Source: Schaalia odontolytica
GTDB lineage: Bacteria > Actinomycetota > Actinomycetes > Actinomycetales > Actinomycetaceae
Length of the DNA: 32,000 nucleotides
Reading direction: 5' to 3'
NCBI RefSeq assembly: GCF_005696695.1
Contig: NZ_CP040006.1
Coordinates: forward strand, 1,110,001-1,142,000
The notes beneath the pieces are model-generated. The model was not told the origin of the DNA. It did not search any database and was given only the letters and a program-made list of their open reading frames with translations. The position numbers were made by a program, and so were the translations under genes. Shown here piece after piece: positions 14,641 through 23,409 of this stretch; within the stretch, counting starts at the first letter, position 1; the number at the start of each line of letters is the position of its first letter.

Positions 14641-16313
14641 TCGAATCTCTCGATATTTCGCATCTCGGCGTCATCGAGTCTGCCCACGTCGACTTTGGCG
14701 AGGGCCTTATCGTCGTCACCGGTGAGACCGGTGCGGGTAAGACGATGGTGCTGTCGAGTCTCCAGCTGCTGCTCGGTGCCCGAGCGGATGCGGCGCTCGT
14801 ACGCTCGGGTGCCGATCATCTGTCTGTCGATGGTATTTTCTCGGTGAACGAGGAGGTTGCAGCTCGCGTTGAGGAGGCCGGTGGCCTCGTCGAGGGCGGT
14901 GAGCTGATTGTCGGTCGTTCGGTGCGTGCCGCCGGCCGGTCGCGCGCGCACCTCGGATCGCGCCCCGTGCCGGCCTCGGTCCTGACGGATATCGTCGGGT
15001 CGATGGTGACGATTCATGGGCAGTCCGACCAGATCCGTCTCACGGGTGAGGCGGCACAGCGCCGCGCGCTCGATCAGTTTGGCGGTGAGGAGCACGCGGC
15101 TCTGCTTGAGGAGTACCGTGCGGCCTTTCGTCACGCGGTCGAGGTCAAGCATCGCCTGGATTCGCTGCGTGGCGATGCGAGTGAGCGTGCCGAAGAGTTG
15201 GAGGATCTGCGAGCCGCTCTTCGGCAGATCGAAGAGCTTGAACCTGCCATCGGCGAAGAGGAAGATCTCGTTCGCGAGGCCGCGCGCCTGACGAATGTCG
15301 AGGACCTGCGTGCGCTGGTGGGAGTGGCTCTGGGCTATCTCAAGGGTGACGATCGGGGCGACTTCACAGGGGCGGTTGAGGCGACCCGTCACGCCTACGC
15401 ACAGCTCGATGACGCAGCTCGATTCGACGAGGCCGTGGCTGAGTTTGTGGGACGTGCGCGCAATCAGGTGCTCGAGTTGGAAGCACTTGCTGATGACGTT
15501 TCGTCGTACCTGTCGCGCCTCGACGCGGATCCGGAGAGGCTTGCGCAGATTCACGCGAGGCGCGCGGCTATCAAAGACGTGCTGCGTGGGCGCGCGGCTG
15601 ACATCGAGCGCCTCCTCGCATGGGCTGATGAGGCTCGCTCTCGCGTTGAGGAACTTTCGTCGCCCGGGTCCGACCCTGAGTCTGTTGAACGTGAACTGGC
15701 GGCCGCGCAGGAGCGTGTGCTTGAGTGCGGGCGTCGCGTCACGCAGGCGCGTGTGCGTCTTGCGGGACAGCTCGCCCAGGGCGTGAACGAGGAGCTTCAC
15801 GCCCTGTCGATGCCCGACGCGACGCTGCACATCGATTGTGAGCCGACGAAGCCAACGTCGAACGGATGCGAGACGGTCGTCTTCCGCTTGCAGCCGCATC
15901 CTCATGCTCCGGCCCGTCCTCTCGGACAGGGAGCCTCCGGCGGTGAGTTGTCCCGTGTCATGCTCGCACTGGAGCTGATGTTGGGGCGCACCGAGGCGTC
16001 GTCGACGTTCATCTTTGACGAGATCGACGCCGGTATTGGCGGACAGACCGCGACCGAGGTTGGCGCGCGTCTGAAGAGGCTTGCACAATCACGGCAGGTG
16101 ATTGTCGTGACGCACCTGGCCCAAGTCGCAGCTTTTGGCGATCAGCACCTCGTCATCGAGAAGAACGACGGGACCACGAAGGTGCGCGAAGTGAGCGGTG
16201 CGAACCGCGAAGCTGAACTGACCCGCATGATGGGTGGGGATCCGCACTCGGCTGCGGCGCGCCGCCACGCTTCGCAAGTCTTGGCCTCTGCCGTGTCACA
16301 ATCGCAGGGATGA
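14637..16313 (+). CDS. recN: DNA repair protein RecN
   Basis: The Walker A motif is GETGAGKT, followed by a long coiled-coil middle. The C-terminus has GGELSRVMLAL and FDEIDAGIGG. I placed the start at GTG 14637 (VIESLDISHLGVI), which overlaps the nadK TGA (GTGA) and sits 10 nt after GGAGGG. The tracked start at 14619 is also possible. Confidence 0.92.
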   Translation: MIESLDISHLGVIESAHVDFGEGLIVVTGETGAGKTMVLSSLQLLLGARADAALVRSGADHLSVDGIFSVNEEVAARVEEAGGLVEGGELIVGRSVRAAGRSRAHLGSRPVPASVLTDIVGSMVTIHGQSDQIRLTGEAAQRRALDQFGGEEHAALLEEYRAAFRHAVEVKHRLDSLRGDASERAEELEDLRAALRQIEELEPAIGEEEDLVREAARLTNVEDLRALVGVALGYLKGDDRGDFTGAVEATRHAYAQLDDAARFDEAVAEFVGRARNQVLELEALADDVSSYLSRLDADPERLAQIHARRAAIKDVLRGRAADIERLLAWADEARSRVEELSSPGSDPESVERELAAAQERVLECGRRVTQARVRLAGQLAQGVNEELHALSMPDATLHIDCEPTKPTSNGCETVVFRLQPHPHAPARPLGQGASGGELSRVMLALELMLGRTEASSTFIFDEIDAGIGGQTATEVGARLKRLAQSRQVIVVTHLAQVAAFGDQHLVIEKNDGTTKVREVSGANREAELTRMMGGDPHSAAARRHASQVLASAVSQSQG

Positions 16314-17455
16314 GTGAGACACTTTCAAAGGAATCGAGCGCGCGCTCCGGGCGGATTCGCATTGACGACCGCCCCAAGCACCTGGCGACGCGCCTAGAAC
16401 GCGGCGAGATCGCCGTCATCAACGTTGCGGACCTGGACCGCGAGAGCGCCGCGGCGCTCGTTGCTGCCGGTCCCGTCGCAGTGCTGAATGCGCAGCCGTC
16501 TCTGACGGGACGCGTAGCTGCACTGGGGCCACGGCTTATTCTCGAGGCTGGCATTGTGCTCGTCGACGACCTGGGGCAGGACATCATGTCCCTGCGCGAA
16601 GGCCAAGAAGTGACGGTCACAGGTTCGAAGGTCCTCGTGGACGGCTCCGTCATCGCGACCGGATCCATTGTGTCCTTGGACGACTTGGACGTTGACGTCG
16701 CAGACTCGTCTGCGCTGTTCGCCGCTGTCGACGCCTCGATTGAGGACTACCTGTCGAAAGATGGCGCGACGGTGCTGCACGGAGTCGACGTGCCCCAGCT
16801 CTCCGACCTTGGAAAGAGGCCGATTCTCCTCGTGACGGGCGCTGCCGACGCGAAGGCCGAGTTGCGCGCGCTCGCGCGATGGCGCTCCGAGGTCAGCCCG
16901 TTTGTGATCGCCGTCGACGGCGGAGCCGACGTGGCGCTGAAAGCCCGACTGTCGCTCGACCTCGTCGTCGGTGACGCCGAACTGATGAGTGAGAAAGCGA
17001 TTCGCAAGGCTCGCTCCTTTATCGTCCGCGTCGGAGGAGACGGCCTCGCTCCTGGCGCAGACCGTCTCGACCGTATGGGCGTCGTTTACGATCGCATTGC
17101 CATGGCGGGCACCGCTCTCGACGCGGCTCTCGTTGTCGCCGCGCATTCGACGGCGCCCGCTGTCGTCACCGTGGGAGTGTCCTACGGGGAGGCAGAACTT
17201 GTTGACGCCGGCCGAGCCCTGGTCGCCCCCGCATTCTTCTCGCGCCTCGCGGTTGGCTCGCGCATTATCGGTGCGCAGGCGGTCGCAGCGACCTTCCGCC
17301 CGCGTCCGCGCGGTTGGACGCTTGTTCTGCTGGCCGTAGTCGCACTGGCCCTGATGGGCGTCGCCCTGTGGTCGACCCCGTGGGGCAACGACCTGCTGCA
17401 CCCCGTCACTTCATTCTTCGTCTCGCTGATGCACTCCGCAGGAGGAGCCCAATGA
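16310..17455 (+). CDS. steA: Putative cytokinetic ring protein SteA (Rv1697 family)
   Basis: The N-terminus RIDDRPKHLATRLERGEIAVINVADLDRESAAALVAAGPVAVLN matches my recollection of the Rv1697/SteA family. There is a C-terminal TM segment. It sits in the conserved position after recN, with an ATGA overlap with recN. Confidence 0.8.
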   Translation: MSETLSKESSARSGRIRIDDRPKHLATRLERGEIAVINVADLDRESAAALVAAGPVAVLNAQPSLTGRVAALGPRLILEAGIVLVDDLGQDIMSLREGQEVTVTGSKVLVDGSVIATGSIVSLDDLDVDVADSSALFAAVDASIEDYLSKDGATVLHGVDVPQLSDLGKRPILLVTGAADAKAELRALARWRSEVSPFVIAVDGGADVALKARLSLDLVVGDAELMSEKAIRKARSFIVRVGGDGLAPGADRLDRMGVVYDRIAMAGTALDAALVVAAHSTAPAVVTVGVSYGEAELVDAGRALVAPAFFSRLAVGSRIIGAQAVAATFRPRPRGWTLVLLAVVALALMGVALWSTPWGNDLLHPVTSFFVSLMHSAGGAQ

Positions 17456-18345
17456 TTAACTTCCGCTACCACGTCGTCTCGATCATCGGGATCTTCATTG
17501 CTTTGGCCGTTGGCGTCGTTCTGGGGGCCGGCCCGCTGCAGAGCCGTATCCAGGCTGGCGTCAGCTCGTCGGCGACCACCTCGGCAGCGGACCCGCTGCT
17601 GAGTGCTCAAGCTGATGCGGAGGCCGCCGGCCTCAAGGCTCTCGCTTCCTCGACACTGACTGGCTCGCTGAGCTCTGCCAAGGTTGCTCTCGTTGTACTG
17701 CCCGGTGCGTCTGACGATGACGTGACTGCGATTCGTTCGACGCTGACCGATGCCGGAGCGAGCGTCGTCGGTCGAGTGACGCTCACCGATAACTGGCAGT
17801 CCACCTCGATGAGCCAGTACCGCACGACTTTGTCGACGACCCTCGCGTCGCACCTCCCGTCGGGTGCTGCCAAGACCGCTAGTGCCGATGGTGTCGTTGG
17901 CTATTCGATTGTCCAGGTGCTGACGACGACCGGAGCCGAGACCGACCTGCTGCGTCAGATTCTGACCGACGAATCCACGCCGATCATGGCCGTCGACGAG
18001 GATGCGAACGGAAGTGCCACGGCGATCGTCGCCGTTGGCCCGCGCGCACAGGCCACGGCTGCCTCCAACGCGACGCCCGCTGCGGTGACGTCGAGCCCTG
18101 ATGCGTGGGTTGGCCTCGGCCAGGCCCTCGGCTCGACCAATGGCGTTCTCGTGGGTGACGCCTCCACCCGCGACGCGATGATTTCTCAGGTGCGCGCCAG
18201 CGGTACCGTTGTCACGACGGTTGACTCGGTCGGAACGACTCTGGCTGCTGTCGATACCGCTTTGGCGTTGTCAACGCCCGCGACGAGTGCCCGCGCTTTC
18301 GGTGTGGGCACCGGTGCGCAGTCGGTGATTCCCCCCGTCAAGTAG
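17452..18345 (+). CDS. SteB / MctB-like copper transporter family protein (Rv1698 family)
   Basis: I placed the start at ATG 17452 (MINFRYHVVSIIGIFIALAVGVVLG), the characteristic N-terminal TM anchor of this family. It overlaps the steA stop (ATGA). The tracked start at 17314 lies inside steA. Confidence 0.75.
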   Translation: MINFRYHVVSIIGIFIALAVGVVLGAGPLQSRIQAGVSSSATTSAADPLLSAQADAEAAGLKALASSTLTGSLSSAKVALVVLPGASDDDVTAIRSTLTDAGASVVGRVTLTDNWQSTSMSQYRTTLSTTLASHLPSGAAKTASADGVVGYSIVQVLTTTGAETDLLRQILTDESTPIMAVDEDANGSATAIVAVGPRAQATAASNATPAAVTSSPDAWVGLGQALGSTNGVLVGDASTRDAMISQVRASGTVVTTVDSVGTTLAAVDTALALSTPATSARAFGVGTGAQSVIPPVK

Positions 18346-18363
18346 CACACAACGCTCTTTGCT

Positions 18364-18399
18364 GAGGCCCCGGTGGTTCGTAGTGACCTCCGGGGCCTC
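18364..18399 (+). terminator. Candidate stem-loop terminator without a U-tract after the gene chain
   Basis: gaggccccgg (18364-18373) pairs with ccggggcctc (18390-18399), with a 16-nt loop. No T-run follows. Confidence 0.4.
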
Positions 18400-18467
18400 G
18401 TCGCGTTCCTCCTCGTGCAAGGCGCGGGCCTATACTCAATGGCGTACTGACGAATCCAGATGAAAGC

Positions 18468-19118
18468 GTGATCATGCGTTTCCTGTCCCCCCAAGAGGCT
18501 GTCGCCATCGAAGACCAGCACAAGCCCCGTACCGTGACCAAGAGCGAGACTGTGTGGAACGGCCGTATCGTCGACATGATCAAGGACCACGTCATCGTCG
18601 TCGAGGGCCAGGAACCCGTTGTTCGTGAATACACGCGGCACCCGGGTGCCGTCGCTGTCGTCGTGTTGCGCGGTGAGAGTGGGGGAGAGGAGATCCTCCT
18701 GGAACGACAGTACCGTCACCCCGTGAAGGCCGAGCTGTGGGAGATTCCCGCGGGTCTGCTCGATATTCCCGGTGAGGACCCGCGCATCGCAGCAGAGCGC
18801 GAGCTTGCTGAAGAGGCGGACCTGGTTGCCGATCGCTGGGACGTCCTCGTCGACTACTTCACCTCACCCGGCGGGTCGACCGAGCCGCTACGCATTTTCC
18901 TCGCTCGCGAGCTTCGTGACGCCGATGAGGCGTTCGAACGTGAGGACGAGGAAGCGACGATGGAATACGCGTGGGTGAGCCTCGACGATGCGCTGACCAT
19001 GGTGCTGGAAGGGCGACTGCATAATCCGTCTGCCGTCATCGGTGTCCTCGCCGCGCACGCCGCTCGCGCGCGCGGGTGGGCCGGATTGCGGCCCGCCGAC
19101 GCCGCGTGGCTTCGTTGA
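18468..19118 (+). CDS. NUDIX hydrolase (ADP-ribose pyrophosphatase-like)
   Basis: The Nudix box is GLLDIPGEDPRIAAERELAEEADL (RE-L-EE core). The position corresponds to Rv1700 downstream of the recN cluster. The start could be GTG 18468 or ATG 18474. Confidence 0.85.
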   Translation: MIMRFLSPQEAVAIEDQHKPRTVTKSETVWNGRIVDMIKDHVIVVEGQEPVVREYTRHPGAVAVVVLRGESGGEEILLERQYRHPVKAELWEIPAGLLDIPGEDPRIAAERELAEEADLVADRWDVLVDYFTSPGGSTEPLRIFLARELRDADEAFEREDEEATMEYAWVSLDDALTMVLEGRLHNPSAVIGVLAAHAARARGWAGLRPADAAWLR

Positions 19119-19184
19119 GTACTCTCAGGTAGGTCCTAGGTCCCTAGACGTGTGGGCCGTCCAACACTCCAAACGGCTTTTCGC

Positions 19185-19209
19185 AACGCCTATTTATCTA
19201 AATTGGCGT
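19185..19209. promoter_or_regulatory. AT-rich island flanked by a short inverted repeat upstream of sufR (candidate promoter/operator)
   Basis: ACGCC-tatttatctaaatt-GGCGT has 5-bp arms and a 14-nt A/T-only spacer, which stands out in this GC-rich window. It ends about 40 nt upstream of the sufR ATG. Confidence 0.25.
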
Positions 19210-19247
19210 ACACTCGTTCCCAGAGAAAAGCACACAGAGGCGCAGCA

Positions 19248-19967
19248 ATGGAGCGTCGGAGCGGAGGACACGTGGCAGAAGAATCAGACGCCACTACTCG
19301 ACAGCAGGTGCTCGATCTCATCGTCGAAAAGGGGCCGGTCACGGCCTCGTCGATCGCGAAGGTCCTGGGGCTGACGACGGCCGCCGTGCGGCGTCACATC
19401 ACGCTCCTCTTGGACTCTAAGGAGATCGCCGAACACGAGCCTAGTGCTCCGTCGAAGCGTGGCCGTGGTAGGCCCGCACGTCACTACGTTGCGACCGAAC
19501 GGGCGCACGTGCACCTTGCCGATGGATATTCCGACCTTGCCTCTAAGGCCCTCGGTTACCTCGGCCAGCTCGGTGGGGATGAGGCTGTTGAGTCTTTTGC
19601 TGCAGCGCGCTCGCGCGAGATCGAGCGGCGCTATGCCCCGATCGTGCGCGACGCGGGCTCAGACCCGCGGGTACGTGCCCAGGCGCTTGCCGATGCGCTC
19701 ACGCAGGACGGCTACGCGGCCACTGTGCGCGACATCGGCGGCGGAACGCTCGCGGTGCAGCTGTGCCAGGGCCACTGCCCGATTCAAAATGTCGCGGGAG
19801 ATTTCCCGCAGCTGTGCGACGCCGAGACGCTTGCCTTTGGCAAGCTGCTTGACGTCCACGTACAACGACTTTCCACGCTTGCTGGCGGGGGACACGTGTG
19901 CACAACCCACATTCCCGTGGGTATGCCCGTCATCCGCCCCGGAGCGCGGAACGTGCGACGCAAGTAG
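19248..19967 (+). CDS. sufR: SufR-type transcriptional regulator (wHTH + Cys-rich Fe-S sensing domain)
   Basis: The N-terminal wHTH reads QQVLDLIVEKGPVTASSIAKVLGLTTAAVRRHITLL. C-terminal cysteines occur in LCQGHCP, QLCDAE and HVCTTHIP. It lies immediately upstream of sufB. I placed the start at ATG 19248 behind CAGAGG; the tracked start at 19152 would add an unlikely basic leader. Confidence 0.8.
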   Translation: MERRSGGHVAEESDATTRQQVLDLIVEKGPVTASSIAKVLGLTTAAVRRHITLLLDSKEIAEHEPSAPSKRGRGRPARHYVATERAHVHLADGYSDLASKALGYLGQLGGDEAVESFAAARSREIERRYAPIVRDAGSDPRVRAQALADALTQDGYAATVRDIGGGTLAVQLCQGHCPIQNVAGDFPQLCDAETLAFGKLLDVHVQRLSTLAGGGHVCTTHIPVGMPVIRPGARNVRRK

Positions 19968-19999
19968 CACTTGGTTAAGAACGAGAGGTTGACACAACT

Positions 20000-21445
20000 A
20001 TGACGCAGGCACCCGCCTCGGGCGCTGATGACCGTCGAATGACCGATGATGAGATCATTGAGTCGATTGGCGGTTACGAATACGGTTGGCACGACTCCGA
20101 CGACTACTCGAAGGACGTCCCCACCGGAATTAACGAAGAAATCGTTCGCTTCATCTCCGAGGTGAAGGACGAGCCGCAGTGGATGCGGGAGCGCCGCCTG
20201 AAGGCGCTGGAACTGTTCGAACGTAAGCCGATGCCGGCGTGGGGTCCCGATCTGTCCCACGTGGATTTCGATTCGTTCAAGTACTACGTGCGTCCGACGG
20301 ATCGCCAGGTCAACGACTGGGAAGACCTGCCTGAGGAAATCCGCGACACCTATGACCGCCTCGGTATTCCCGAGGCCGAGAAGTCGCGCCTGGTCTCCGG
20401 CGTCGCCGCTCAGTACGAGTCCGAGGTCGTCTACCAGCAGATCCAGGAAGACCTGGAACGCCAGGGCGTCATCTTCACCGATACCGACACCGGCCTGCGC
20501 GAGTACCCGGAGATCTTCGAGGAGTACTTCGGTAAGTGCGTGCCCGCGGGCGACAACAAGTTCTCCGCACTGAACACGGCCGCCTGGTCCGGTGGATCCT
20601 TCGTCTACGTCCCCAAGGGCGTTCACGTGACGATCCCGCTGCAGGCGTACTTCCGCATCAACACATCGGCAATGGGCCAGTTTGAGCGCACGCTGATCAT
20701 CGCCGACGAGGGCTCTTACGTCCACTATGTTGAGGGCTGCACCGCTCCCATCTACGACGAGAACTCTCTCCACTCCGGCGTCATCGAGATCTTCGTGAAG
20801 AAGGACGCTCGCGTCCGCTACACGACCATCCAGAACTGGTCGACGAACGTCCTCAACCTGGTGACACAGCGTGCAATGGTTGAGGAAGGCGGCACCATGG
20901 AATGGGTCGACGGCAACATGGGTGCCGCGATCACCATGAAGTACCCGGCCTGCTTCCTGATGGGTGAGCACGCCCGTGGCGAGACGCTGTCCATCGGTTT
21001 CGCCGGCCCCGGCCAGCAGCAGGACACCGGCGCCAAGATGGTGCACATGGCCCCCCACACGTCCTCGTCGATCGTGTCGAAGTCCGTGTCCCGAGGCGGT
21101 GGCCGCACATCCTACCGTGGCCTCGTCCAGGTCAACGCCCGTGCGCGTCACTCCAAGTCGAACGTGCTGTGCGACGCCCTGCTCGTTGACAAGATCTCGC
21201 GGACCGACACCTACCCCTACGTTGACGTGCGCACCGACGACGTCGAAATGGGCCACGAGGCAACTGTCACGAAGGTGAGCGCCGACCAGCTCTTCTACCT
21301 GATGAGCCGCGGTCTCGACGAGAACGAGGCCATGGCGATGATCGTGCGCGGCTTCGTCGAGCCGATCGCCAAGGAGCTGCCGATGGAGTACGCCCTCGAG
21401 CTCAACCGCCTCATTGAACTGCAGATGGAAGGATCCGTCGGCTGA
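20000..21445 (+). CDS. sufB: Fe-S cluster assembly protein SufB
   Basis: The 481-aa product has characteristic blocks YGWHDS, FSALNTAAWSGGSFVYVPKG, HYVEGCTAP and DQLFYLMSRG. No intein-sized insertion is present. Confidence 0.97.
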   Translation: MTQAPASGADDRRMTDDEIIESIGGYEYGWHDSDDYSKDVPTGINEEIVRFISEVKDEPQWMRERRLKALELFERKPMPAWGPDLSHVDFDSFKYYVRPTDRQVNDWEDLPEEIRDTYDRLGIPEAEKSRLVSGVAAQYESEVVYQQIQEDLERQGVIFTDTDTGLREYPEIFEEYFGKCVPAGDNKFSALNTAAWSGGSFVYVPKGVHVTIPLQAYFRINTSAMGQFERTLIIADEGSYVHYVEGCTAPIYDENSLHSGVIEIFVKKDARVRYTTIQNWSTNVLNLVTQRAMVEEGGTMEWVDGNMGAAITMKYPACFLMGEHARGETLSIGFAGPGQQQDTGAKMVHMAPHTSSSIVSKSVSRGGGRTSYRGLVQVNARARHSKSNVLCDALLVDKISRTDTYPYVDVRTDDVEMGHEATVTKVSADQLFYLMSRGLDENEAMAMIVRGFVEPIAKELPMEYALELNRLIELQMEGSVG

Positions 21446-22635
21446 TGACGACCCCCAACACTATCGTTGACACCATGAACAAGGCCCACTCGCACGGGGC
21501 TGACGCCGAGAAGGCTCACCCGTCGCGTGCGGACCGTCCGACCTCGTTCAACCTGGACGACATTGCCGTTCCGCACGGACGCGAGGAGGATTGGCGATTC
21601 ACCCCGATGCGTCGCATCGAGCGCCTCTTCGAACCCGCCAACTACGACGCGGGCGATGCGCCCGTGACGGTTGACGCTCCGGCCCCCGTTGTCGTCGAAA
21701 CGGTGACCCGCGACGACAAGCGCCTCGGAACCGTTCTTGCTCCCGGCGATCGCACCGCCGTTGTCGCATGGAACGGCTTTGAGCAGGCGACCGTCGTCCA
21801 GATCCCGGCAGAGGCCGAGCTCGACGCTCCTGTTCGCATCAACGTGGCGGATATCGAGGGCACCCGCGCGCAGCACATCGTGATTCGCGCCGACAAGTTC
21901 TCGAAGGCCACCGTTATCCTGTCGCACACCGGTTCCCCGCAGGCTGCGCTCAACCAGACCGTCGAGGTCGAGACTGGCGACAGCGCGAACCTGACCGTCG
22001 TGTCGCTGCAGGAATGGGACGATACCGTTCTGCACGCCTCGAACCAGCGTCTGGCGCTCGGCCGTGACTCCAAGCTCACGCACATCGTCGTTAGCTTCGG
22101 CGGCGACCTCGTGCGCGTGTGTGCCGACACCGACTTCCGCGGCCCCGGCGCCGAGCTCAACATGCTCGGCATCTACTTCGTGGACGGCGGCCAGCACCTC
22201 GAGCACCGCGTGTTCGTTGACCACTCCCAGCCGAAGTGCTTCTCGCGCGTCACCTACAAGGGTGCCCTCCAGGGCAAGGACGCGCACTCGGTGTGGATCG
22301 GCGACTGCCTCATTCGCGAGGCCGCTGACGGCACGGACACCTACGAACTCAACCGCAACCTGGTGCTCACCGAGGGCGCTAAGGCCGACTCCGTCCCCAA
22401 CCTCGAGATCGAGAACGGCGAGATCGAAGGCGCCGGACACGCGTCTGCGACCGGTCGTTTCGACGACGAGCAGCTGTTCTACCTGATGAGCCGTGGTGTT
22501 CCTGAGCACGAGGCACGCCGCCTTGTCGTGCGCGGCTTCTTCGCCGAACTGATCAACCAGATTGGCGTCCCCGAGGTGGTCGACCACCTCATGGCAACCG
22601 TCGAGGCCGAGCTGGCCAAGTCCCGTAACAACTGA
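21445..22635 (+). CDS. sufD: Fe-S cluster assembly protein SufD
   Basis: There is an ATGA overlap with sufB. The C-terminal block is EQLFYLMSRGVPEHEARRLVVRGF. The length is 396 aa. Confidence 0.93.
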   Translation: MTTPNTIVDTMNKAHSHGADAEKAHPSRADRPTSFNLDDIAVPHGREEDWRFTPMRRIERLFEPANYDAGDAPVTVDAPAPVVVETVTRDDKRLGTVLAPGDRTAVVAWNGFEQATVVQIPAEAELDAPVRINVADIEGTRAQHIVIRADKFSKATVILSHTGSPQAALNQTVEVETGDSANLTVVSLQEWDDTVLHASNQRLALGRDSKLTHIVVSFGGDLVRVCADTDFRGPGAELNMLGIYFVDGGQHLEHRVFVDHSQPKCFSRVTYKGALQGKDAHSVWIGDCLIREAADGTDTYELNRNLVLTEGAKADSVPNLEIENGEIEGAGHASATGRFDDEQLFYLMSRGVPEHEARRLVVRGFFAELINQIGVPEVVDHLMATVEAELAKSRNN

Positions 22636-22651
22636 GCTGTAAGGAATACAT

Positions 22652-23404
22652 ATGTCGACTCTGCGTATTAAGGATCTGCACGTCTCCGTCGAGACCGCTG
22701 AGGGCCCCAAGGAAATCCTCAAGGGCGTCAACCTCACCATCAACTCCGGTGAAATCCACGCCATCATGGGCCCCAACGGCTCCGGCAAGTCCACCATGGC
22801 CTACGCCCTGGCCGGTCACCCCGACTACGAGATCACCTCGGGTGAGGCATGGCTCGACGACCAGCTCATCACCGAGATGAGCGTCGATGAACGCGCCAAG
22901 GCAGGCCTGTTCCTCGCCATGCAGTACCCCGTTGAGGTCGCTGGCGTGTCCGTCTCCAACTTCCTGCGTACCGCCAAGACCGCGATCGACGGCCAGGCCC
23001 CGGCCCTGCGCTCGTGGGTCAAGGACATGAAGAGCTCCATGGAGAACCTGCGCATGGACTCCGACTTCGCCGAGCGTGACGTCAACGTTGGCTTCTCCGG
23101 CGGTGAGAAGAAGCGCCTGGAGATCCTGCAGATGGAGCTTCTCAAGCCCTCCTTCGCCGTCCTCGACGAGACCGACTCGGGCCTCGACGTTGACGCTCTG
23201 CGCATCGTGTCCGAGGGCGTCAACCGCGTCCACGACGAGACCGGCTGCGGCGTCATGCTCATCACGCACTACACCCGTATCCTGCGCTACATCAAGCCCA
23301 GCCACGTTCACGTTTTCGTCGACGGCCACGTCGCCGCTCAGGGCGGCCCCGAGCTGGCCGACGAGCTCGAAGAGAACGGCTACGACAAGTACCTGGGTCT
23401 CTGA
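22652..23404 (+). CDS. sufC: Fe-S cluster assembly ATPase SufC
   Basis: The Walker A motif is GPNGSGKST, the signature is FSGGEKKR and the Walker B motif is FAVLDETDSGLD. The length is 250 aa. Confidence 0.97.
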   Translation: MSTLRIKDLHVSVETAEGPKEILKGVNLTINSGEIHAIMGPNGSGKSTMAYALAGHPDYEITSGEAWLDDQLITEMSVDERAKAGLFLAMQYPVEVAGVSVSNFLRTAKTAIDGQAPALRSWVKDMKSSMENLRMDSDFAERDVNVGFSGGEKKRLEILQMELLKPSFAVLDETDSGLDVDALRIVSEGVNRVHDETGCGVMLITHYTRILRYIKPSHVHVFVDGHVAAQGGPELADELEENGYDKYLGL

Positions 23405-23409
23405 TCACC

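Noticed and set aside
20000-21445. An intein or other insertion in SufB, as occurs in M. tuberculosis
   Set aside because: The protein is 481 aa, the normal intein-free length. The conserved blocks are contiguous.
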